Source: Schizochytrium sp. TIO01
Taxonomy: Eukaryota; Protista; Bigyra: Labyrinthulomycetes
Reading direction: 5' to 3'
DNA length: 64,000 nucleotides
NCBI GenBank assembly: GCA_004764695.1
Contig: SMSO01000031.1
Coordinates: forward strand, 6,306,761-6,370,760
A model generated the notes under the pieces. That model was not told the DNA's origin and ran no database searches. It saw only the letters and a program-made list of their open reading frames with translations. The position numbers and the translations under genes were made by a program. Positions 11,481 to 20,826 of this stretch are shown one piece after another. Position 1 is the first letter of the stretch, and the number at the start of each line of letters is the position of its first letter.

Positions 11481-12712
11481 ATGAGCGAGGTCGAGGATGG
11501 CTCCAACAGCCTTGCTGTCCACAAGGAGGAGAGCGAAACTTGCGCAGAGCAGGCCCAAGACAACTCAGAGAAGGCCGATGGACATGAAGGAGCTAAGGAT
11601 GTACCTGACGCAAATGGTGATAAAAAAGAGACAGCAGAACTCACCAATGCAAAGGAGAGCAGCAAGGCTCAAGAAGAAGTAAATGAAGAAGAAGAAAGTC
11701 TTCCCAAGGGCTGGAGAAAGTCTTGTCGCGATCGCAGAATAGGTACTACTTCTATCACAAGGCCACAGGGAAATCTGTTTGGTCTCGCCGGGAAGTTGAT
11801 GGAATCGAGCAACCTTCTTCAAAGCCACTCTCCCCCCCGTTTCATACTCGTAAACGAGTTCGCGATGACAACCGCGACGAAGGCTCGAAACGCGCCAAGC
11901 AGCATAACGATCAGCGTCGTGTTGCAATCATTGTACCTTTCCGGGATCAACATGTGGCACAACGGCGTAAAGAACAGCTTAATTCTTTTGTTCCCCATAT
12001 GGAACGTTTTTTGAGCTCGAATCAAGGCATAGAGGCGTATCATGTGTTCATTATTGAGCAATCGGATGATGGCCGGAAATTTAACCGCGGCAAACTCTTG
12101 AACATTGGCTTTAAGCTCGCTTTGGAACACCCGGACGGTCCATTCGACTCATTTATTTTTCACGATGTGGACCTTTTACCTCAAGAGCCGCTGAAACAAT
12201 GGTATGCAAAGTACCCAAGTCGCCCGTTGCACATTGCTAGATGCTGGAACCGCTACAACGATAATTCCAAGTACTTTGGTGGTATTGTTGCATTTAGCAA
12301 GGAAGATTTTGAAATGATCGATGGATTTCCGAACACGTTTTGGGGGTGGGGCGGAGAAGATGACGAACTTCAGAAGCGCGTCGATGCCGCAAGAATGCGC
12401 ATTGAAGCCCCACCCAAACATCTTCCCAATGCAATAGTAGACCTTGAGAATATGAATCTAAAGACCAAGCTTGACACTTTGCGCAAGACCGATTGGAAAT
12501 GTCAAGTCAAGTGGGAAGCCCAAGACGACTACAAGAACATGCGGGACCGCCGGGAGACAATTCCGTGGTGGGGTGTTCACGGAATCGAATTTAAAGAAGA
12601 GGGTACAGAGAAGCTCGGTGAGCACTCCACAAAATATACGGTAGACGTCTTGTATAATTACAATGCAGACAAGTCTGAGCATTGGGCCAACCGTAAATTA
12701 GACTGGAAGTAA
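11481..12712 (+). CDS. WW domain + GT7 beta-1,4-galactosyltransferase-like protein (one frameshift near 11717-11723)
   Basis: The ATG 11481 frame gives an acidic N-terminus up to LPKGWRK, which continues in the -1 frame as (V)LSRSQNRYYFYHKATGKSVWS (WW domain). GT7 motifs follow: IIVPFRD, EQSDDGRKFNRGKLLNIGF, FHDVD (DxD), YFGGIVAF and GFPNTFWGWGGEDDEL. Confidence 0.88.
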
Positions 12713-13257
12713 AATACCAAACTTATAGAAGTGATAGATGAATTAGGTACTATTTGGTTGTTGAGATATACTGTGTTTCCCCTCTTCCTGCTTGTGGTTT
12801 GTTCTCCATCTTCAATAGATAGTTCTAAGCAATAAAGAATAAAGAAATAACCAGATATTATATTTAAAGTGATTGGACCATGGGAAATATTGCACGTCAT
12901 GAATGCAAAAGGTGCCAATCTACAACGAGAAAATTAAGTGGGGCTTGCTTAGTTGAGTGGATTACATAATATAAGTACACATGTACTCACTATTTGGTGA
13001 TTAAAGCTTGTGATGAGATGATGTCATACTTTCTTATTCCTGTTTGGCTTAATACAAGCATCATTGTAACACCATTTACAAACCTTGTTGTAGAATCGCT
13101 ATACCTATACTCTGAGCAGTCATTCACAGCATGTCGAATGAGGCATTATTCCTCATGCATAAAAGGTTCTGCTACGTACAGTTGTAAACTTGTTATCAGT
13201 GGTGCAGATTGCAATTTCGCAGCACTAATAAGTTGTTTTAATGGCTGAGACTTTCGG

Positions 13258-13950
13258 TTATTTTGAGGCTCCTTGAAGAGGCGGTTGAGCAGCTCCGATG
13301 ACCTGTTGAAACGGCACAGCCTCATGGCATTTGAGAAAAGGCGCCAGAACGTGCGAGTGTACGTACAAAGCGCCACGCTTTGTCCTACTTTGTAACCACA
13401 GCGCTAGCCCGATCTTAAGTGGATAATAGAATGGTGCAATGTGTAGTAAGCTATATCCAAATGCCAGTTCAATGAGATTAAGAAATGACATGCAGACCCA
13501 GTATGTGACCCACCTGATGACTTGAGCTTTGTCCTTGGTGACAAGAGTTTTGATTGAGGATTGCGCAGGATATGCAAAGCTGATAAGCTCACACCATTGT
13601 CTTGCCCCCCAGCCCATCCACAGCGAGATTGCAACCGCAAGTCCCGCCCAAGAGACTGCATCAATTTTCCGAATTCCTGTGGCTGCCTCAAAATGTTTCA
13701 AACCTTCGTAGTTCTCCAGCTCTTGAGCCAGGCTCGTTCTAAGTTCTGAAATACGCTTCTGTATAGACTTTGGCGTTTTATGCAGCGCCATAGCGCCACC
13801 ACTTTGTGCATAGAGTAGCGTTGGGGAGAGTGTAGTCCTGCTCAGCCTCTGGCCACTGTCTCCTGATGCCCAGATCTCCTCATCCTCATCTGCGGACGCA
13901 GACGCAGACGCAGCACCTGCGCTCTCGCTTGTGACCTCACTCGCACTCAT
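13258..13950 (-). CDS. TB2/DP1/HVA22 (REEP/YOP1) family ER-shaping membrane protein
   Basis: ELISFAYPAQSSIK, RWVTYWV, IAPFYYPLKIGLALWL and GALYVHSHVLAPFL. ATG at 13950. Confidence 0.9.
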   Translation of the reverse strand: MSASEVTSESAGAASASASADEDEEIWASGDSGQRLSRTTLSPTLLYAQSGGAMALHKTPKSIQKRISELRTSLAQELENYEGLKHFEAATGIRKIDAVSWAGLAVAISLWMGWGARQWCELISFAYPAQSSIKTLVTKDKAQVIRWVTYWVCMSFLNLIELAFGYSLLHIAPFYYPLKIGLALWLQSRTKRGALYVHSHVLAPFLKCHEAVPFQQVIGAAQPPLQGASK

Positions 13951-14413
13951 GATTAAAGCCACGAGCTCTCTGCCTAGTCTCGACTTTGATCTGCAAAATC
14001 TTCGACGATTTACGAGGCCTATTCCAGGCCGTTGAGGGATTGCTGGTTTATTTTATTTCATTTCATTACATTACATTTTTACATTGCCATCTAATCTCTA
14101 AGGTCCCTTCGCTTATGAACAAACAATTGAACTTCATCAGAAGATAGCGCTACTGGTATTTGTGATTCCAGGGACGACAAACGACATTCTCGTCCATGCC
14201 TTTTTGAAGAGATTTGCTGCAGAATGCAAAACAAGGCAGTGGAATTCTTGTTTTGTGCAGTTTTCTTTAACTTTTTATTTTAAAATATAGTACCGTACCT
14301 ACTAGTAGTATTTTGGAAGTCAAACTAAGTAATACTTTCACTTGAAACAATGTTCTCTTGATTCAATTCAATCGCGGAGGCAAATCCTAAACGAAGAATT
14401 GCGAACAGCAACG

Positions 14414-15356
14414 ATGGACTTCGAGGAGGCCCTTCCTGCGGGCTGGAAGAAGGCATGGAGCAGATCTCGTCAGAAGCCATACTACTCTAACGCGGCCCTC
14501 AACGTGAGTTTGTGGAGCATTGAAGAAGTGCAACGTCTGGAGGCATCGAAGCCAGCACCAGCGGTCACTTCTACTTCAACCAAAAATGCTTCTGCTGCTT
14601 CGGCTGCAACAGATTTGGCAAATCAATCAGCAAACTCTACTGCAACTGAAGCTAGTTCTACCCTTTCTACAGGAGTAATGAAAATCACCAAAGTGCCTGC
14701 AGAAGCACTCAAAGATCTGGGCGCCTTCGAAGATTTTGTGCAAACCACAATCAAAGACTTTATGGGAGATGAAGCCAAAACTGACCTCGAGCTCCCACCC
14801 TGTGGCGAGGATAAACGTTATGTAATCAACGAAGCCGCGGATGATTTTGAGCTCATCCCAGAGACTGGTAAAAAGGACATGGGTACGCACATAGGCACCT
14901 TCATTACGCTCTACAAACCGGGCTATTCAACTCGCGAGAAGCGGGAGGCCAAGGCCAAAGCTGATATCGAAGCAAAGAATGCATCCGGGAAAAGTACTTC
15001 TCTTGAAGCATCCAGTGTCAATGCTCAAAATCAGAGTCAGCAGCAACAGCGCACGAAACGTTCTAGGCTTGATGAACCACCAGTAGCCTCTGAAAACCTC
15101 GGCGGAAGCGCAAAAATAACCAAGCTTGGGACCACTTCTCGCGATCGTCGCACGATTGAAGAAATCCAAAGAGTAAGTTGTATTGAAAACCATAGGAACG
15201 AGGGTGGAAGGAGGAGTCGCCAAGTAGCGATTTTTTAGCGCAATCAGGTCTAGGCACATCTTTTTCATCTTCATGAGACGTTCAAAATTAAAAGTGGGAA
15301 ATGACCAACTCACAGATAATCTCTAATTTCTTACACAGGACTTGAGTACCAAATAA
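14414..15356 (+). CDS. WW + R3H-like, SPAG7-like protein (probable intron 15173..15338)
   Basis: WW domain LPAGWKKAWSRSRQKPYYSNAALNVSLWS; R3H-like segment IKDFMGDEAKTDLELPPCGEDKRYVINEAA; C-terminal RDRRTIEE resembles SPAG7 KRDTRSIEE. Splicing would give ...EIQRDLSTK*; the unspliced ORF ends at 15238. Confidence 0.7.
15173..15338 (+). other. Putative spliceosomal intron (phase 0)
   Basis: Donor AGA|GTAAGT at 15173; branch-like CTCTAAT at about 15321 followed by TTCTTACACAG| at 15338. Confidence 0.6.
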
Positions 15357-16030
15357 AGATTAACGGTTTCCTTTTTTATCGAATCTAGGCACCCTTCTCG
15401 ACATGTCTCGGTTGGAAGGTGCTACACTAGACATTCGATGCATAACTTCTGAATCTCTCTTATTTATAGACGCATCAACACAAGAAAAGCCAAACTGCAG
15501 CAACTATCAACGCTCTCCTTCTCTAGAATCCTTACCAATATAGAAATAAATATTGGCTCGACAAGCAAGACACTTTTGGTTCCCTATTTTCCCCTGAAGC
15601 GAAGTCTCTGAGACGTGAATGATTTTTCGTTTAGTCCAAACATCATAGCAGGATTGTGAAGACCCAGTGACACTTCAGCACTAGTCATTTGGCACCTGCG
15701 ATAAAGAGTGAAGACAACAAAACAAAAGCTTATAGAAAGACTAGCTCTTTAAGAGCAGAGAAAACACCTAATGACAAGAGGGAAAGGAACAGCAAACAAG
15801 CCTCGACTCTGTAGTACAGCTGCAAGAAAAAGACACTGCCCTGAAGTGAACCTCGGAAAGACGAACACGAGGGTGAAAGATAGCAGACAAGAAAAAAAAA
15901 AATGGGCAAAGTGAAAACATAAAGAGCACATTTCATGTGAAGACTGAATGAAGTCAGACTATACCCCATAATTGAAACAATGAATCCATTAGCCAGTCAG
16001 TTTGTTAAATTTTCAGTAAGACTTTGCGTC

Positions 16031-17266
16031 TCAAAAGTCCTCATCTGCATCGAAATTTGAGTGATCAAATGACTCAAAACCTACTTGGACTTCGCCGTGG
16101 TCAACGCGACATGGAAAAACTGTCTGCTGGTACTCCGTCTTATTCAGGCACTTGCCAGAGCGAAGATCAAACCTCCAGCCGTGCCATGGGCAAGCAACGC
16201 ATGGACCAGTGCGGGGCGTTGCACCGCCACTGCCATCTTTGTACACAGTCGCCTGGATATCTTCAATGTCACCTTGAAACAATGGACCTCCTTGATGACA
16301 ACAGGAATTTTTGATAGCATAGAACATTCCCTTATACTTGAATAAAGCAACTGTCTCGCCATTAACTTCCGCGGATTTGCCCAAGGGAGGCCCTTCCCTT
16401 TTCAACTTTACTTGGCGCACCTGACCGGTAACAGTGTATTGTGATTTGTACTGTGGAGGGTTGCTGGCACTATCCAAAAGATCAGAGGCCTTGACACCCG
16501 TACCAAAATACATGTAATGCTTTTGATCATCTAAGTCAAGTTCGCTCATCCTGCTCATGTCCATAAACGCGCCGCCAAACGTTGTGTTAGATCTAGAGCA
16601 TGCTGTCAAAGAGTTCGGAGACGACGCATACCCATCACTATCGATTTTGTCCCCGTCAAAGTCTGTGAGCAGGTCGAGCTGCAGTGTGGGCCTTCCAGAG
16701 GCAGCAGAAGCAGCTGCCGCTGAAGTTCTGGCTACACTTGGAGGATTTGGTGGCGCAGTTTGAAACTTAGTATTCTGAATGACCGTTCTCACGCCGTTGC
16801 TTTGAGTAATAATTTTCGAAGGCTCACGCATTCCTGAATCATCACTCGCAAGGCCTCGTAACATTGCTTGCTTCTCATCTGAAGTGCCAGACCTAGACCC
16901 TCCAAGAGATCCAGATTTCTTTGAGAATGCTGACGACGGTGATGGTGCGAATGAAGATGTTCCTCTCAAGGAATTCCCAGGCCCCTCCGATTGCCATGTA
17001 TGCGACCCAGGTTTTGATGTGTTTGACGCATTGTCCAATTTCGAAGCAGACTCCCCAGATTTGCTCGCCCTAGAGTTGGACGAATTCTCAGAATCACGGC
17101 TTTCTCCGCGAGATGCGCCTCCAGAAATACGCAGTGGTTTCACAGAAAATCCACTTTCAGTTTTCTCAGCTCGCTCGCGATATTCTCGCACAAGAGGAGG
17201 CGTGTCCAGCCTAAAAAGTTGCCTTCCACCTTGCTGGCGCTGTTCACCTTTTCCTGTGTCGCTCAT
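16031..17266 (-). CDS. Rieske [2Fe-2S] domain protein (RFESD-like) with a long disordered N-terminus
   Basis: Rieske ligand motifs CCHQGGPL and CPWHGWRFDLRSG, plus VALFKYKGMFYAI. ATG at 17266; about 270 aa of Ser/Gly-rich N-terminal extension. Confidence 0.9.
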   Translation of the reverse strand: MSDTGKGEQRQQGGRQLFRLDTPPLVREYRERAEKTESGFSVKPLRISGGASRGESRDSENSSNSRASKSGESASKLDNASNTSKPGSHTWQSEGPGNSLRGTSSFAPSPSSAFSKKSGSLGGSRSGTSDEKQAMLRGLASDDSGMREPSKIITQSNGVRTVIQNTKFQTAPPNPPSVARTSAAAASAASGRPTLQLDLLTDFDGDKIDSDGYASSPNSLTACSRSNTTFGGAFMDMSRMSELDLDDQKHYMYFGTGVKASDLLDSASNPPQYKSQYTVTGQVRQVKLKREGPPLGKSAEVNGETVALFKYKGMFYAIKNSCCHQGGPLFQGDIEDIQATVYKDGSGGATPRTGPCVACPWHGWRFDLRSGKCLNKTEYQQTVFPCRVDHGEVQVGFESFDHSNFDADEDF

Positions 17267-17970
17267 GTCGCACCTCCTGAGATGCAAAATACTTAGCAAG
17301 GGCAACTCTCACAGCAGCTGCAAAAGTATAGGCGTAGCCGGCACGCCGTTGGGAGTGCAGGACTCGAGCCACCTCGCAGCCGTTAATTATGATCTGAGTT
17401 TAATTGGGTTGGATAATGGGCTTGTGACGTGCTTTCTATATACGTCGGAGTCATGTGCAGCAGACCTTGAGAGGGCCTAGTGGGAGTCTTAACAATGAGC
17501 CTAGCGAAAGTTTTTCCCTCTTCCTGAACTATGACCTGAGAGTGAATACATCGATCAGCAAAACTTGAGCTAGCCCCTGACGTGGACGCAGTGATGGCAG
17601 CGCTAGCAATGGTAGGGCTTCGATGGGTAAATGCGACATGGCCATGGTGATTTCGTAAAATAAAAAGGTATAGTGGAAAAGTGAAATGGCGTTTGTTGTA
17701 CATCAAGTCTGCGTAATTTATGTGAATACAAGGTGGACAAATTGTTCTTGGAAAAATAAAACATGCAATACCTACATTGCAGATTCGTACCCGTCAGAGT
17801 CCTGTGCTTTGCAAAATGTTATATGGAATATACTATTAAAGATGAATCCTGTACTGTGAGACATCTTGGGGGAACAACTTCAGAATATTGCTTGTGATAA
17901 TTCGACTTTGAGACCCTTCTGTGAAACACCTCGACGTTTTCTGATGTTTCTTTCGCTGTAAGTGCAGCGA

Positions 17971-18016
17971 AATAACACATATAGCACCAGCTTAATAACA
18001 CATATAGCACCAGCTT
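17971..18016. repeat. 23-bp perfect tandem duplication (AATAACACATATAGCACCAGCTT x2)
   Basis: Read directly from the sequence. Confidence 0.9.
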
Positions 18017-18769
18017 ACTACAAAACTTCGTGTTGACTTTGCGTAATGTGATTTTGTCATGTGATTGCAAAAAGTTTGCATTGTTGCAAGAAAAGCTGGA
18101 ATTAGAATAGCTACCTACATAAATGTCACAAGAATTCTAAATATACATATGCATAATAAAACATATAAAAGTATATGATATAATGTGGATTGTAGCAATA
18201 CAGACAGTTTTAGAAACATACACGATTTTATCGAAAATAAATTGGATCAAATGAATGAAGGAAAGAAGCTTTTTATGGTCTATTTTTTTAATCTGTATTT
18301 TTTTAATTTAAAATTAATTACCTTTTTTTTTTTTTTTAAATGTTAGGCAATTTTAAAAGCAACTAAAACGAAAAACGATGTATCCTCTGTTACACAATAA
18401 ATGTGCTGTGGAAAATCGCACGGCGCAAACCAAGAATGCATCACAAGGCATCAGTAAGTTGAAACGACAATGAGATCTAAGATTTCCGCTTGCTGATCAA
18501 GTCCATCACTGATTATACACATGTGTTTAGTGCGTCCCGGCCTTTACCTACCTTTTGTCTTTTCTGTTTCCAAAGTTTGCGAATATTCATGGTTCTTGGA
18601 AACTCAGAAACACAAAAAGGGTGTTCTTTTTTCAGGACACATAACCTCAAACATAAGTTGTATCTTAACTCGCGAGAGTCCCCTTTAACAGTTTTTTGCA
18701 CAAAGCCCGCCACGGGCGCTGCCAAAGGCGTTTGCGGAGACCAAGGTTAACGCTGCTTCGCTTGCCACA

Positions 18770-20338
18770 ATGGCGGTGAGGAATTCTTATTTCACGTGGC
18801 GGACGCCGCGATCTCTGCGACTTGGCTTGGCAGCATTGTGGCTTATCCTAGCCTTCGCGCTGGCAGCATCTTTTATAGTGCTGCACGCAACGCTTGCTGA
18901 GGACAGATACAATTTAGATCTTCTCAGGAGCCCGGCACTGCGTCACGAAACGGTGGACAGCCTTTTGCGAAGAGGGTTTGTCAGCTCTCCCGAATCGAAA
19001 TCGAGGTATGAACAACAAAGAAGCGCAGATGTTGGTCTACAGCAGAAAAGCAAGCAAGGCGATAGTAGAGACCAATACAGTCAACAGAACTTTCATCGCA
19101 CTGAGGATGAAGATTATCCAGAGCTGCACGTAATTTATAATGTAGGGTGTGGCGGCCACAGCTCGTACCGTTTTCAGCTTATTCAGTCTCTAACACTGGA
19201 CTATTCTTGGGCGAAACATCGCCAACCGGGGCGATTAACTCGGATTGTTTCTGGCTGTGGAGAAGATCCAGTAAAACGAAAGGCTATGTCTCAAACGAGT
19301 ATCGAGGATCCGGAAGCTCTGGCTCGCTTTGACACCTGGTTTACAGAGGCAAATGATACTGTAAATGGAGTGAAGTACGTCATGTTTAATCGGCCTACCG
19401 CGCTGATCAAGTATTTTGCAACCCAAAAAACCTCCGAGTCAGCAATATATGCAGTTCTTGATCCAGATTTTGTTTTTCTTCATAAAATACCTGATGATGT
19501 GATCCGAAAGGTCCGCCCAGGGAAACCCGTGGCTGCATTCTATGCGCTTGGCTCTAAATGGGTTGAATGGGGGCAAAGTATTTGCCGAGGGGAGCCCCAA
19601 TATACTGATGCTGTGTGTGATAGATTTGATAGAGGTACTCGTATAAGATCAGCATCAGTTTATGAAGGTGGAGCTCCCTATCTAATGGTTAAGTCTGATT
19701 GGCAACGACTTTTACCAACATGGATTTCAGTTATGCCACCAACGCATAAGTTCTATAGCGGCATTGAGTCTGATATGTACGCTTACATGATTGCTTTTGT
19801 TCTTCTTGATATGGAGCATACTCTGGAGAAGAATCTTATGCGGACTTGTATGGCAAATTCGCGACAACAAGTAGACGACGGGACAACCTTTATTCATTAC
19901 TGCCAGCGTTACCACGTCCAAGAGACGCGTGGTGAAGCTTACAATGTAAACAATGCTTCCGAATTCCTCCCAAGCAACAAGTATAATCCAGAAACGTCAA
20001 AGTATTTATACGTCTTTAGTAAATATTGGATGCAGGCAATCGAGCCTCAAAAGTGGATTCTCGAGTGTGAGAGCCCGCTCCTGATTCTGCCGCCCAAATT
20101 GCCAGAGTCGCACTTTTACTCTTTGAACAGCCCATCTCTACAGCGAAAAGATTATCGCGTTCTTAATGAATTAGTACCTGCTGTAAATGATGCGATTTCA
20201 GCTTACAAGCGCAAGATTTGTCCTGCTCAAGGCAAAACACCAAACTTTCAGCGTGAAATGATTTTACACGAATCTCATCGTCACACAAAACATTTGCTCA
20301 ACTCAATTATACCGCTGTCTGCGCAGTCGGAGGAGTAA
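18770..20338 (+). CDS. Type II membrane glycosyltransferase, SERGT1 (peptidyl-serine alpha-galactosyltransferase)/HPAT-like
   Basis: N-terminal TM anchor; motifs QSLTLDYSW..QPGRLTRIVSGC, NRPTAL, LDPDFVF (DxD), GAPYLM..DW, SDMYAY and HYCQRY. Confidence 0.8.
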   Translation: MAVRNSYFTWRTPRSLRLGLAALWLILAFALAASFIVLHATLAEDRYNLDLLRSPALRHETVDSLLRRGFVSSPESKSRYEQQRSADVGLQQKSKQGDSRDQYSQQNFHRTEDEDYPELHVIYNVGCGGHSSYRFQLIQSLTLDYSWAKHRQPGRLTRIVSGCGEDPVKRKAMSQTSIEDPEALARFDTWFTEANDTVNGVKYVMFNRPTALIKYFATQKTSESAIYAVLDPDFVFLHKIPDDVIRKVRPGKPVAAFYALGSKWVEWGQSICRGEPQYTDAVCDRFDRGTRIRSASVYEGGAPYLMVKSDWQRLLPTWISVMPPTHKFYSGIESDMYAYMIAFVLLDMEHTLEKNLMRTCMANSRQQVDDGTTFIHYCQRYHVQETRGEAYNVNNASEFLPSNKYNPETSKYLYVFSKYWMQAIEPQKWILECESPLLILPPKLPESHFYSLNSPSLQRKDYRVLNELVPAVNDAISAYKRKICPAQGKTPNFQREMILHESHRHTKHLLNSIIPLSAQSEE

Positions 20339-20826
20339 GACCAAAATCTGAAGGGTGCTAGAAAATTCTATCAAACAACAGTTGTGCCAAATGAGCCCTT
20401 CTTTGCATACGCGGAAGAGAAGGAAGCAAAACAACAGAAGTGAGACGTGGAAAGGGGATTCTTACAACTGTAGGATTATTCTTGTACGATACACAGAGAC
20501 CTCGAAAACTGATTCCAGATCTGCGACCGACTTTATCCTAAAGTTCGGCCTCAAGAGCAGTATGCGAGCAAGAGCTGCTCTTATGCATTGCTGAAAGCTA
20601 ATGAAGCATGCAGATCTGTACGACAAAAGTGCGCTTATGAATTTCCATGACTGTGCCAATCATTTATAAATAGATGCCACATTGGTTTAAAGATTGCAAA
20701 ATAAATTTCTTTCTTTTTTCTTTTCTTATTCATTTTATAGTAAACAATTTCTGTCGTGCATTGCAAGAATGTGGAGGTAAACTCACATCTCCTTGTGGTG
20801 GCGTAGCGACTAGTTCCAACGCGCAA

